Positions 31,835 through 41,594 are shown, counted from the first letter of the stretch. The stretch: 64,000 nucleotides of DNA from Candidatus Omnitrophota bacterium (GCA_030674475.1 JAUSCZ010000017.1:46264-110263); one strand, 5' to 3'. The notes: a model not told the origin generated them from the letters alone. Made by a program: numbers and translations.

Positions 31835-32827
31835 TTAAATCTGCTGCGGGTTATAATAAATCACCTGACTACCCTCATTTTCAAAACAAAATTTAACTTC
31901 CAGCAATTCTTTTAATGCCTTTTGCACTCTCCGCCGCCTTGCCGGAGAGACAAATAAAAGCATAAAGCCGCCACCGCCTGCACCTAACAGCTTTCCTCCT
32001 AAAGCGCCGTTCTTTATAGCCTTATCATATATATTGTCAATTTCAGGACTCGAGATTTTTTTGGAAAGTTTCTTCTTTATCTGCCAGGATTCGCGCAGGA
32101 GCTTTCCGAAATCAGCAATATCCCTGTTGCTGTTTAAGATATCAACGGCATGGTCAACCATATGCCGCATCGCGGTCAACTCATGCTTATTACTAGAAGT
32201 ATTCTTTATCTGGTCGGCAGCGATCTCCGATGAAAAACGAGATAGCCCCGTAAAAACCAACATCAAATTCTCCTGCAACTCCTGGATCCTTTCCTTCTGG
32301 ATGGTCACCGGCTCTGCCCGGAAATTGTGGTCGTTTAGAAAGATAATCTTATTGAAACCTCCGTAGGCAACCGCAACCTGATCCTGAGAGCCGACATTTT
32401 CCTTAAGGACATTCCTCTCTATATGTATAGCCTGTTTGGCTAAATCGTTTTTTGAGATAATATTGCCTTTTAAGGCATATAGAGAATTGAGCATGCCTAC
32501 GGTAAAAGCCGAACTCGAGCCCAATCCCGAACGCGCAGGCAAATCCCCGTCATGATGAACCTCTACGCCTCTTTGCACCTTAAATAATTTAAGAAGCGCC
32601 CTTACTACGGGATGCTGAATTTCATTAACAGATTTGACGTTTTCTATAAAAGAATAAACTATCCGGTGTTTATGTTCGAAAAAAGGAGGCAGATATCTGA
32701 TGCTTATATAACAGTATTTATCAATAGTTGTTGATAAAACGGCACCGGTATTCTCCTGATACCAGGCGGGATAGTCCGTACCACCGCCGAAAAACGAAAT
32801 CCGAAAAGGAGTTTTACTGATAATCAT
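31835..32827 (-). CDS. hddA: Heptose 7-phosphate kinase (GHMP family)
   Basis: TPFRISFFGGGTDYP, DLPARSGLGSSS, GSQDQ, GGKLLGAGGGGF. Confidence 0.9.
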   Translation of the reverse strand: MIISKTPFRISFFGGGTDYPAWYQENTGAVLSTTIDKYCYISIRYLPPFFEHKHRIVYSFIENVKSVNEIQHPVVRALLKLFKVQRGVEVHHDGDLPARSGLGSSSAFTVGMLNSLYALKGNIISKNDLAKQAIHIERNVLKENVGSQDQVAVAYGGFNKIIFLNDHNFRAEPVTIQKERIQELQENLMLVFTGLSRFSSEIAADQIKNTSSNKHELTAMRHMVDHAVDILNSNRDIADFGKLLRESWQIKKKLSKKISSPEIDNIYDKAIKNGALGGKLLGAGGGGFMLLFVSPARRRRVQKALKELLEVKFCFENEGSQVIYYNPQQI

Positions 32828-34296
32828 TCCAGCACCTTTCTTTTTAGCCTGGTTTTTGTCATTTCCTCAATATGGGTTCTGACCTTTTTGCCGAATTTAC
32901 TCTCCAGCATATTCAAATAACCGGGATTTTCGAAATACCGGTGAAACGCGTCATCCCTGAATTTTACGACTTCTTTCGGGTTGATATATTTCGTCGGAAG
33001 CGGAAGCATTTCGTAGGAATGTTGGGAAAACCCGTGCCACTCTTTCGGAAGTTCCCACCCCTGCCTGCGGGCGATATCGTAAAGCCTGGAGCCTGGATAG
33101 GCCATAGCGCAATAAAAATTCACGAATTCGCAATTAAGATCAATTGCCATATCGATTGTTTCCTGCATAGTCTGCACCGTATCATCGGGAAGCCCGAAAA
33201 TAAAGTTGCCTATAACCCTTATGCCTGCATCTTGAATACTCCTCACGACATTGGTTATATCTTTGACCCTCATTCGCTTAGAAGCGCCGTCCCTTACATC
33301 GGGATTTGCCGATTCAATCCCCAACGCAAGCCAATTTATGCCCGCCTTTTTCATCTTCAGAAGATTCTCCGGCTTTACTGTATCAACCCGGGCATAAACC
33401 CAGATGTTTAAGTCATAACCCTTAGCTATCAATAGATCCACTATTCTCATATAGTGGTTTTCGTCCAGGACAAAAAGCTCATCTACGATTTTTACATTCT
33501 TTACCCCGTATTTAGTTACCAATAGCCCTATCTCCTGGACTACCATTTCCGGACTCCTGTATCTTATGCCTGGCTTGCCGAAAAGGGCATTAATACAGCA
33601 AAAAACACAACTGTAGGGGCAGCCTAAGCTGGTGTATATCGCCGCATAAGGCATCCTGTTTTCTATATCGTCAAAACAATGCCAATTATGTGCCCGATAT
33701 TTTTCCATCGGCAACAAATCCCAGGCAGCAATCGGCAATTCTTCATCCAGGTTTTCAATAAGCGAGACTTTATGGTTATTTCTGATATTTCCATCTTCAT
33801 CGTAATACCATAAACACGTAATATTAGAATAAATGCCTTTCCCAGATTTTATCGCGCCAATTAACGCCATTAATGTAGCAGGGCCTTCTCCTTCAATAAC
33901 AAAATCGACTTTTTCTTCTATTAGTGTCTGTTTGGGTAGAGCGGACGGATGCAGGCCACCTATAGCGATTTTCCCGAGAGCATTCTCCTTCAACGCCTTG
34001 CAGATTTTTCCGGCAATAGTCATATTCTGCGTGGATGCCGAAGGCTGGGATCCGTAAACTATTACTGCGGATAACAGCGGGTTAATTTTATTAACCTTTT
34101 TTGCTGTCTCATCAGGTGAGAAATTCTCAGCGTTAGCATCAACGATGGCCACGTTAATCCCGCTATTCCTCAGATATGCCGCGATTACCGCAACCCAGAA
34201 AGGCGGCTCAATAGCAGAATAATCCTTTCCTAATCCCTGATAAACCTGCTTATGATCCCCCGGATTTATTAAAACAACTTCTATCTTCCCGCTCAT
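32824..34296 (-). CDS. B12-binding radical SAM protein
   Basis: AIEPP, GGLHPSALP, SLGCPYSCVFCCI, LGIES, FIFGLP, AYPGS. Confidence 0.92.
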   Translation of the reverse strand: MSGKIEVVLINPGDHKQVYQGLGKDYSAIEPPFWVAVIAAYLRNSGINVAIVDANAENFSPDETAKKVNKINPLLSAVIVYGSQPSASTQNMTIAGKICKALKENALGKIAIGGLHPSALPKQTLIEEKVDFVIEGEGPATLMALIGAIKSGKGIYSNITCLWYYDEDGNIRNNHKVSLIENLDEELPIAAWDLLPMEKYRAHNWHCFDDIENRMPYAAIYTSLGCPYSCVFCCINALFGKPGIRYRSPEMVVQEIGLLVTKYGVKNVKIVDELFVLDENHYMRIVDLLIAKGYDLNIWVYARVDTVKPENLLKMKKAGINWLALGIESANPDVRDGASKRMRVKDITNVVRSIQDAGIRVIGNFIFGLPDDTVQTMQETIDMAIDLNCEFVNFYCAMAYPGSRLYDIARRQGWELPKEWHGFSQHSYEMLPLPTKYINPKEVVKFRDDAFHRYFENPGYLNMLESKFGKKVRTHIEEMTKTRLKRKVLE

Positions 34297-35240
34297 ATAT
34301 TTTTCTTGATATTCTCTATGATGCTTTGTTCATCCAGCTTGTTTAACGCGTGCAAATGCTCCCTGTTGCCAATATCAAAAACATACGCGTCGTTAAAACC
34401 CATTCTTTTCAATCGGGTATTGAGGCTATAGTTATCGATTACGCTTGAAACCAGGCTATCTATCCCGCCTTTATTGATAAAACCTTCTTCGAGAGTTATA
34501 ACACATTCATATTTTCGCAAAACTTTCGCAAAGAATCTCTCATTCAACGGCTTTAATAGAAAAACATCGATAACTCCAATTTTTTCTCTATCAAATGCGC
34601 CTGCCGCTTTTATGGCTTTATGGGTCATATATCCAGTCGAAACCAGGCATATCTTTTTACCTTTTCGTATCTGCGAAAAACCATCCTCTATCCTTATCTT
34701 ATCTGTTTCCGAATAAATCCGTGGCAAAGGCTTACCGTCAAGTCTTATATACTTTGGCCTTTTTACCTTTATCGAATATTCGACAAACTTACCTGACAAA
34801 ACCCAGTCGCTAGGCGAAAATACCATAATATTCGGCAAAACCCGCATTATGGTAATATCCTCAAGGCAATGATGCGTAGGGCCGGAGACATCATAACTCA
34901 AGCCGGCGCCTACGCCAATTAAGTTTATGTTTATCTCTTTCAGCTGAGAGTGCAGGGAAAGGTTAATCCGTATCTGCTCGTATGCCCTCATTGTCAGAAA
35001 CGGGGCTATCGCATAGGCATAAACTGTAAAGCCTTCAAGGGCAAGACCCGTAGATACATTGATAAGGTTCTGCTCGGCAATGCCGACGTTTATAAACCTG
35101 TCGCTGAATTTTTTCCTTAAATTGTCGAGTTTAGGAGAACCGAAATCCGCGCAGAGGAAGAAAATATTTCTATCCTTATGCATAAGATTAAAAATATTTT
35201 CGATAAAGACATCCCTCATATTGTTTATTTCGGTCTTCAT
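34293..35240 (-). CDS. Transketolase, C-terminal (pyrimidine-binding) subunit
   Basis: NVGIAEQN, RAYEQIR, GPTHH, YIRLD. Start moved to 35240 (ATGA overlap). Confidence 0.9.
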   Translation of the reverse strand: MKTEINNMRDVFIENIFNLMHKDRNIFFLCADFGSPKLDNLRKKFSDRFINVGIAEQNLINVSTGLALEGFTVYAYAIAPFLTMRAYEQIRINLSLHSQLKEININLIGVGAGLSYDVSGPTHHCLEDITIMRVLPNIMVFSPSDWVLSGKFVEYSIKVKRPKYIRLDGKPLPRIYSETDKIRIEDGFSQIRKGKKICLVSTGYMTHKAIKAAGAFDREKIGVIDVFLLKPLNERFFAKVLRKYECVITLEEGFINKGGIDSLVSSVIDNYSLNTRLKRMGFNDAYVFDIGNREHLHALNKLDEQSIIENIKKNI

Positions 35241-36061
35241 TCTAACTCCGAAATTATGGTATCGACTTCTTCCGGGCTTAAATTTTTGATGTGGCATAGC
35301 GGATCTGTTTCAAGGCGCCGAACACCCTTGCCTTTTACGGTATCGGCGATTAATAATTTAGGCTTACCGTTATTTTTCGCTTTAAGGCGTTTTAAGGAAG
35401 TATGTAATTTATCCATCTGGTGCCCATTAACACGTTCTACTTCCCACTTAAAAACCTTGAATTTCTCGCCAAGCGGCTCAAGATCCAAGATGTTCCGACA
35501 ATAATCCAGCATGCATATTTTATTATTATCAATAATAACGATAAGGTTGTCTAAATTATGTTCGCCGGCAAACATTACTGCCTCCCATACAGAACCCTCG
35601 TACAACTCGCCGTCTCCCAGCAAAACAAACACTTTTTCATTTCTTTTCTTCCTTTTTAATGCCAGAGAAATTCCACAGGCAACCCCCAAGCCGTGGCCTA
35701 AAGAACCGTTAATTGTTTCAAAGCCGGGAATAATGGCATCCGGAATCCCCCCTAAAATTGAACCTGCCTTGCAAACTCCTCCCAGTTCCTCTTTAGGAAA
35801 ATACCCCAAATCCGCAAGCACGGGGTAAAACGATATTGCGCCGTGACCTTTGCTGATAATAAACCTATCCCTTTTTTCCCATTTTATATCCCGGGAGTTA
35901 AACCTTACAATTTTTCCGTAGTATAATACCGTAAATATTTCAACCGCCGATAGCGAAGAGGCAAGTCTCGTCTCAGGAGCAGTTTTATGTATTTTTAAAG
36001 TCTCTCTCCGCACCCATAAAGCCTTCCGATCAAGGAAATCGTATATTTTCTTGGATTTCAT
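35237..36061 (-). CDS. Transketolase, N-terminal (ThDP-binding) subunit
   Basis: DRFIISKGH, GSLGHGL, LGDGELYEGSVWEA, TVKGKG. Confidence 0.92.
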   Translation of the reverse strand: MKSKKIYDFLDRKALWVRRETLKIHKTAPETRLASSLSAVEIFTVLYYGKIVRFNSRDIKWEKRDRFIISKGHGAISFYPVLADLGYFPKEELGGVCKAGSILGGIPDAIIPGFETINGSLGHGLGVACGISLALKRKKRNEKVFVLLGDGELYEGSVWEAVMFAGEHNLDNLIVIIDNNKICMLDYCRNILDLEPLGEKFKVFKWEVERVNGHQMDKLHTSLKRLKAKNNGKPKLLIADTVKGKGVRRLETDPLCHIKNLSPEEVDTIISELE

Positions 36062-36069
36062 CAGCGTCT

Positions 36070-37014
36070 TTAGACGTTTCCGTATTTGTTGTTTGAGATT
36101 ATCTTGTATGCCTTAATGAGCTCCCTTATCCCAAATTCAAGCGAAAGAATCGGCTTAAACCCGGTTTTTTCAATCTTTTCATTGGAAACAATATAATCCC
36201 GCTTATCCGGGTCCTCGCCTATAGGAGACTCCAGGTATACAAAATCAGCTATCTGTTCTTTTATCTTTGCGCAAAGCTCAAGCTTTGAGAGATTCGCATT
36301 GGACAAGCCGACGTTATACGGTTCATCTTTCACTGTATCAAAATTATCTATCGCATGGATAAATGCCCTGGCCACATCGCGTATATGAATATAGTTCCTT
36401 TTAAAATGCCCTTCAAAAACCACCACAAAACGGTCATTAACAGCACGGTAAGTAAAATCATTTACCAATAAATCTATCCGCATCCTGGGGGACACGCCAA
36501 AAACAGTAGCCAACCTAAAACTTACGGAGTTCTTCCTTTCCAACACAATTTTCTCAGCTTCCATTTTTACCCTGCCGTATAAAGTAATCGGATTCAGGGG
36601 CGTCTCTTCCGTGCAATAGATACCCTTCTGACCAATACCGTATCCACTATTGGTAGTCGGTATAATTATCCTTTGCTCCTTAGACGCCAGCTTGGTAAGC
36701 ATGGCTATGGCGTCCCGGTTAACGGTAACGGCAGCCGTCTTATCCCTATTGCATAAAGGAGCTCCCACCAATGCTGCCAGTGGAATAATATAATCCACTT
36801 CTTTTAAAAGCGGTTTTACGATACCCTCATCGCGGACATCTCCCCGAACTACTTTAAATTTATCATAGGCGCAACAATCAAGCAAAGAATTCTGACTATA
36901 CATAAAATTATCTACGACAGTGACATCATGCTTTAGTTCTAAAAGTTTAGGGACGAGAACTGAACCTATGTAACCCGCGCCGCCTGTAATCAATATTCGC
37001 ATTTTAGAAGCCAT
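36070..37014 (-). CDS. NAD-dependent epimerase/dehydratase
   Basis: ITGGAGYIGS, LAALVG, YGRVK, RLATVFGVSPRMR. Confidence 0.9.
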   Translation of the reverse strand: MASKMRILITGGAGYIGSVLVPKLLELKHDVTVVDNFMYSQNSLLDCCAYDKFKVVRGDVRDEGIVKPLLKEVDYIIPLAALVGAPLCNRDKTAAVTVNRDAIAMLTKLASKEQRIIIPTTNSGYGIGQKGIYCTEETPLNPITLYGRVKMEAEKIVLERKNSVSFRLATVFGVSPRMRIDLLVNDFTYRAVNDRFVVVFEGHFKRNYIHIRDVARAFIHAIDNFDTVKDEPYNVGLSNANLSKLELCAKIKEQIADFVYLESPIGEDPDKRDYIVSNEKIEKTGFKPILSLEFGIRELIKAYKIISNNKYGNV

Positions 37015-37050
37015 ACAATAACATTGTTATATTTACTATTTCCGCCGGTT

Positions 37051-38157
37051 TTACCTGTTACTTAATATTTTCACTATTCCTGCCGCGGGTATTTTCTCCA
37101 GCCCTACATTTACATATGCCTCACGACTACTTAATTCATCTCCAATAATACCGTAAGACTGCCAAAGAAAATAACTAGCCGGCTTATCCCATTTTCCATA
37201 TTTTTTATCTGTAACTAACCTTAAGGTCTTTATTGCGTTCTGATAATCCTTGATATCATAATATAGTTTTCCAAGGAAAAACAGTACGTCATCGTAATAT
37301 TTACTTTCAGGGAATTCCTTCAATAAGGCCGCATAAGACTGTAATGCTAAGTCCATACGGTAAGCTAAATGGTAATTTCTGGCTTTATAAAATAATGCTG
37401 AATCCGAACTACCTTTAAGGTGCCTGAGCGCAGACCGAATGTATAAATTTTGATAAATATATACGAATTTATTTCCGAATATTTTAAAATAGAAATCCAT
37501 AAGATGATCAAAGATGTGACTTTGTTTCAAGATAGGCGTGGACCTGCGGGGTTCGCCCATAAGAGGCAAGACACGTCGATAGATCGCAATAATGTCTTTA
37601 TACTCCATCCCTGAGTATTGTTTTAATGCGGAAATTTTCTTTATCTCATCTAATAATTCTGGCTGGGCAGTCAAATCATCCAATGAATACATGTCACCTC
37701 TGAAATCAACAAAAACAGTATTCAATGCCGTATCAAATACACACCATTTGTTATTCAGGAAAACTTCATTCAAGGTATGCGGAGAAATACCATTTTTATC
37801 TAACAGCATTGCGTATCGGCTTGGGATACCTGCTATTCCCAAAAGCAGATTTAATGTTCTTGCCTGAAAATCGCAATATGCCTCAGCGTATATTAAAGAT
37901 TCTAATGGTTTACATGAATACGGCGTTCCTTGAAGAAATTCATTATTGACCACATAATTAAACAAAGATAAGGACTTTTCGTAATCAGTCCTATACCCAT
38001 TTGTTTCTTGGGCAACTATGGTGTTTAAAATTAATCTTTGATAGGCATGATATCGTAACCTATACGGAAGGAATAATGAAATTACTGGCGACAACAGTAT
38101 TAAAACAGTTGCTATTATAAGAAAAAGTCTGCAAATAAATTTTAAACGCTTATGCAT
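37051..38157 (-). CDS. Membrane-anchored transglutaminase-like protein with TPR
   Basis: AYCDFQA, HTLNEV, WCVFDT; TPR (FPESKYYDDVLFFLG); paralog of 10586-11608. Confidence 0.7.
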   Translation of the reverse strand: MHKRLKFICRLFLIIATVLILLSPVISLFLPYRLRYHAYQRLILNTIVAQETNGYRTDYEKSLSLFNYVVNNEFLQGTPYSCKPLESLIYAEAYCDFQARTLNLLLGIAGIPSRYAMLLDKNGISPHTLNEVFLNNKWCVFDTALNTVFVDFRGDMYSLDDLTAQPELLDEIKKISALKQYSGMEYKDIIAIYRRVLPLMGEPRRSTPILKQSHIFDHLMDFYFKIFGNKFVYIYQNLYIRSALRHLKGSSDSALFYKARNYHLAYRMDLALQSYAALLKEFPESKYYDDVLFFLGKLYYDIKDYQNAIKTLRLVTDKKYGKWDKPASYFLWQSYGIIGDELSSREAYVNVGLEKIPAAGIVKILSNR

Positions 38158-38171
38158 TGTTATAAATATGC

Positions 38172-38528
38172 TTACGGCGAAGTTTCAACATTCTGATAAG
38201 CTAATAACATAGTCTTATATGTTTCCAACTCCTCTTTGAGCCTTTCGTATTCGCGGGTTTTCCAGTCAAGGAACTGCTGGATAAGCTGAAATTTTATCCT
38301 AATTCCCTGAGGGGTGAGCAGATACATATAGCTTAACTTATTCTTGGCATTCTTGAAGTTTTTTGCCTCTATTATGCCCTTGTCAATGAGGGCGTTGAGG
38401 AAGTAGTTAATCTTGCCCAGGCTTATTTTGAGTTTCAGGGCCAGGTCGCGCTGGGTTATGGCGGGATTTTGCTCTAACTCTTTGATAACAGAGAGGATTT
38501 TTTCGTGGTGCAATATGTCGGATTTCAT
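38172..38528 (-). CDS. MarR-family EPS-associated transcriptional regulator, copy 1
   Basis: ITQRDLALKLKISLGKINY, NFKNAKNKLSYMYLLTPQG. Start moved to ATG 38528 by comparison with the copy at 42628. Confidence 0.9.
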   Translation of the reverse strand: MKSDILHHEKILSVIKELEQNPAITQRDLALKLKISLGKINYFLNALIDKGIIEAKNFKNAKNKLSYMYLLTPQGIRIKFQLIQQFLDWKTREYERLKEELETYKTMLLAYQNVETSP

Positions 38529-38574
38529 AGAAAAACTATGGGTCGATGGTCTATGGTTCATCTTTTTAAAATTC

Positions 38575-38958
38575 TTAAAGCAACCGTATAATCCCTTTTT
38601 CAAAATTAATCGTCAACTTGAAATTCTTCAAAAAGTCTAAGCCTAAAAGTCCATCTACAAAACCCTCTTCAGGTAAATCATGGCAAGCGACTTCTAAATT
38701 CTTCATTGTCTTACCTAACGCTTTAATACTTTTTAAACTTACCACTGGAACAATTTCAATTCCACTCCCGGTTACAATACGAGTACGGGAAGGGGAACCT
38801 CCCGGATCGCAGCCAATAGCTTCAGCTGCCTCAAAGGGAATCATAGTTCGCGAACAACCCGTGTCTAACGCTAAACGCAAGGTCCGTTCGGCATTCTTCC
38901 TAATTGTGCCCTCTATAATGATTATGGGAAATTTATGGTTAAAAGAAGTCTTTGACAT
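38575..38958 (-). CDS. Retropepsin-like aspartyl protease
   Basis: ALDTGCS and DGLLGLDFL motifs. Confidence 0.88.
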   Translation of the reverse strand: MSKTSFNHKFPIIIIEGTIRKNAERTLRLALDTGCSRTMIPFEAAEAIGCDPGGSPSRTRIVTGSGIEIVPVVSLKSIKALGKTMKNLEVACHDLPEEGFVDGLLGLDFLKNFKLTINFEKGIIRLL

Positions 38959-39188
38959 TAAAACATTACCACCAAATCCTTTGGTATGGGCCCGGTATAA
39001 TCGATAGCAAGCGGTTCTTTATATTTCATCTGCTCTCTGTATATAGTGTCTCTCTTTTTACTGTGAGCAATTACCGCCCCCTTGCTTAACCGGTTCATCT
39101 TATCAAACTCATAGTTCGCCAGCAAGATCCACTCTTTAGGAAATCTCTTCCTAATGCTTATTAAGCTTTCCACTCTACTTTTTACCAT
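38958..39188 (-). CDS. Small partner of the aspartyl protease (DUF5678-like)
   Basis: KRFPKEWILL...GAVIAHS; TAATG coupling; AGGAGG RBS. Confidence 0.65.
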   Translation of the reverse strand: MVKSRVESLISIRKRFPKEWILLANYEFDKMNRLSKGAVIAHSKKRDTIYREQMKYKEPLAIDYTGPIPKDLVVMF

Positions 39189-39221
39189 TTTTCTTTACCT
39201 CCTGATTTAAGTTAAGAAAGT

Positions 39222-39328
39222 ATTTTGCTCTAACTCTTTGATAACAGAGAGGATTTTTTCGTGGTTTAAGATGTCGGATTTCATGGGAAAATCAAAGGTC
39301 GATAGTTTATAGTCAATAGTCAATGGTC
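39222..39328 (-). repeat. Scaffold repeat: heptamer tandem plus MarR 5' fragment (MKSDILNHEKILSVIKELEQN)
   Basis: Near-identical to 38466-38528; heptamers at 39297-39328. Confidence 0.9.
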
Positions 39329-39338
39329 CGGAAAAAAA

Positions 39339-39425
39339 TTACTTCTTTAAATAATTTCGAAAGGCGTGCAGCATTTTTGAGATGTCTTCACAACACTTAT
39401 AAAATAAATCAAATTCTGTAGATTT
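39339..39425 (-). pseudogene. Four-helix-bundle gene, 3' fragment
   Basis: Encodes ...DLFYKCCEDISKMLHAFRNYLKK*; repeated at 40116-40180. Confidence 0.75.
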
Positions 39426-39431
39426 TCTGTG

Positions 39432-39692
39432 TCATCTGTATGTTAACGGATATTGCTCCGGATTAGCTAAGATTTCTGCGGATAAGTCTATATCTAACTT
39501 TGGCCAGTATAGATGATGATTATGTATCAACTTTACGTTAGTTATTGACGAAATATTAGCGTCTTTAAACCAAGGATACTCACTGAAAGATAAGAAATAT
39601 TCTCTATCTTTCAGGAAAATCCAAAATCCATGTTCTGAAATATTAGTTATTTCTGGCCTTAAAATGTTCTTTCCATTCTTTAATGATTTCAT
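39432..39692 (-). CDS. DUF2442 antitoxin-like protein
   Basis: EITNISEHGFW, YPWF, LYWPKLDIDLS; follows DUF4160. Confidence 0.82.
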   Translation of the reverse strand: MKSLKNGKNILRPEITNISEHGFWIFLKDREYFLSFSEYPWFKDANISSITNVKLIHNHHLYWPKLDIDLSAEILANPEQYPLTYR

Positions 39693-39891
39693 TCCTATGC
39701 CTTTCCACAATTTTTTGTAAAGTTCTTAGCTGCCTTTTAGAAAAACCAGTGTAATTTACCAATTCAACGGCTGGCTCCAACCAGAATTTCGCTTCCCCAT
39801 CCGGAGAAATAATATGAACATGCATCTTCATTTCTTCTTTAGAGAAAAAATGAAACCTGTAATTCCCTATTTTAAATACTGTCGGGCTCAA
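39643..39891 (-). CDS. DUF4160 toxin-like protein
   Basis: MSPTVF..YRFHFFSKEE.MHVHI..GEAKFWLEP. Confidence 0.85.
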   Translation of the reverse strand: MSPTVFKIGNYRFHFFSKEEMKMHVHIISPDGEAKFWLEPAVELVNYTGFSKRQLRTLQKIVERHRNEIIKEWKEHFKARNN

Positions 39892-39920
39892 AGTTTACTA
39901 TCCCTCATTAAACGATTTTA

Positions 39921-40106
39921 TCCTTGTAAGTGCGATAAATCGCACCGCTACCGCGAATTTTCCGAATAAGTTTGCGCTGGGTTATAGCGGGGTTTTGCTC
40001 TAACTCTTTGATAGCAGAGAGGATCTTGTCGTGGTTTAATATGTCGGTCTTCATGGGAAAATCAAGGGTCGATAGTCTATAGTCGATAGTCAATAGTCAA
40101 TGGTCC
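39921..40106 (-). repeat. Scaffold repeat: heptamers, MarR 5' fragment, linker, GTAG hairpin
   Basis: MarR 39974-40054; hairpin GTAGCGGTGCGATTTATCGCAC 39930-39951; same junction at 46139-46239 and 47172-47292. Confidence 0.9.
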
Positions 40107-40115
40107 AGAAAAAAA

Positions 40116-40180
40116 TTACTTCTTTAAATAATTCCGAAAGGCATGTAGCATTTTTGAGATGTCTTCGTAACGCTTATAAA
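40116..40180 (-). pseudogene. Four-helix-bundle gene, 3' fragment
   Basis: [21 protein letters not shown], near-identical to 39339-39403. Confidence 0.75.
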
Positions 40181-40473
40181 AAAATGCCTTTAATTTTGTT
40201 TTTGGTTCCCGCTTTAGCGGGATAACACAGGCTAATATTGATCTTTTCATATAATGTTTCAGGGGCAATGTCAGCGCCATTTGGCCAGGCAATTGTACCG
40301 CCTTCAATTTTTGCTTTTTTGAAGAATTGTAAATTCTTTAATGGCTTAAAAATATATCCTTTCCTAATGTACTCTATAAAATTCACATCTCCACCTTTAC
40401 CATCATCAAACATAATATAATAAACATAATTATTTTTATACTTAATTGTTTTTACTTCATTCATATCCCACAT
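40174..40473 (-). CDS. DUF2442 antitoxin-like protein
   Basis: [27 protein letters not shown]. Confidence 0.82.
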   Translation of the reverse strand: MWDMNEVKTIKYKNNYVYYIMFDDGKGGDVNFIEYIRKGYIFKPLKNLQFFKKAKIEGGTIAWPNGADIAPETLYEKINISLCYPAKAGTKNKIKGIFL

Positions 40474-40481
40474 ATCTCACC

Positions 40482-40585
40482 TCAAGTTAAAGGGATAATT
40501 TCTCTTATTGTTTTGCCTGCTCTAGCTAATTCCCAATCTTCTTTCAATTCTGTGGAATGGAGATCTATCCATTCCCTGAATAATG
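40482..40585 (-). pseudogene. DUF4160 toxin, C-terminal remnant
   Basis: REWIDLHSTELKEDWELARAGKTIREIIPLT* directly upstream of DUF2442; 5' part missing. Confidence 0.7.
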
Positions 40586-40756
40586 TTACCTCTTTAGATA
40601 GTTGCGAATTGTTACCACCTCATTCAAAGAACCTATTGATATCTGGATAAAACGCGATAAATCTGTATCGGAATTCCTGCCTTCACCTTCAGCGATATTT
40701 AAACTGATAGAAACTGCGGCTCTGTTTCACTGGCGAACTTGACTGATTCTTGCCAT
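40586..40756 (-). pseudogene. Four-helix-bundle (23S rRNA IVS / Avd-like) gene with internal deletions
   Basis: [10 protein letters not shown], then [36 protein letters not shown], joined to RNYLKR*. Confidence 0.8.
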
Positions 40757-40768
40757 CCCGTTTTTTCT

Positions 40769-41170
40769 CTATCCTGCTAAAGCAGGTCTTAGCAGTTTTT
40801 TAATTTTTGTAATAAATTTTCTGGCGTCTTCAAGAACACTTTCCGCCTCTTCGGCTGAACCTGTGTAAAATGGCTCATAATCTCCGTCCTCTCTTAAGTC
40901 CTTATCGCGTGAGAGTATTTAGTAATATTCTCTTGGAAGTATACCGGTTTTAACAAAATGGAGGCTAATCATTGTCTGTAAACCAGAATGTGTTTTAGCG
41001 TAAAATCCTTTTGAAGCCAATAGAGCCATTCCAGCGTGATATACCATATAATACCCTCTTGAGATAGCATCCTCATACATCTTACTTTCATAAAGCTTCT
41101 GCGCGGCCTGAAGCTTGCGCTCCGCCTTCTCTATAAGTTTCGTTATTCTTAACCTTAGTTTCTCATCCAT
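40769..41170 (-). pseudogene. HEPN-domain protein with in-frame TAA at 40919-40921
   Basis: AISRGYYMVYHA, KTHSGL; frame continues past the stop as ILSRDKDLREDGDYE...AEEAESVLEDARKFI to TAG 40769. Confidence 0.85.
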
Positions 41171-41490
41171 AATATTTTACCTTCATTCTCTATATTCTTC
41201 ATAAATGGCGTCTCTAAGCCCTTTAAGTATGCGTATTGGCTAATATCGTAAACCTTTGTAGATATAGGCCGGCCGTATTTTAAGACAAGGGAAGCGGCGA
41301 TTCTGGTAATCTTTTTCAAAAAGTCTAACCTATTGCCCGAAGCAACTATCAAAAAATCTATATCAGATTCTTTGTTTAATTGATCCCTGCTGGCAGAGCC
41401 AAAAAGAATTACCGCTTGAATTTTTCTTTTGTATTTTTTTACTACTTGCCGGACAAAACTATCAATTTCCTTTTCATCTTGTTTGTTCAT
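41155..41490 (-). CDS. Minimal nucleotidyltransferase (MNT antitoxin)
   Basis: VILFGSASR...ESDIDFL; overlaps the HEPN start. Confidence 0.88.
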   Translation of the reverse strand: MNKQDEKEIDSFVRQVVKKYKRKIQAVILFGSASRDQLNKESDIDFLIVASGNRLDFLKKITRIAASLVLKYGRPISTKVYDISQYAYLKGLETPFMKNIENEGKILWMRN

Positions 41491-41594
41491 CTGTTCCCTT
41501 GCCTATCAGGAATCAATGTTGTCAATAAGTCCTCACTGAATTATCCATTTTTGGGTATTTGTTCACGGTCTGAACGCATACTTACAGAAAATTT

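Noticed and set aside
39908-40307. ORFs 39908-40093 and 40116-40307 as genes
   Set aside because: They are chimeras of heptamers, marR fragment, hairpin and four-helix-bundle fragment.
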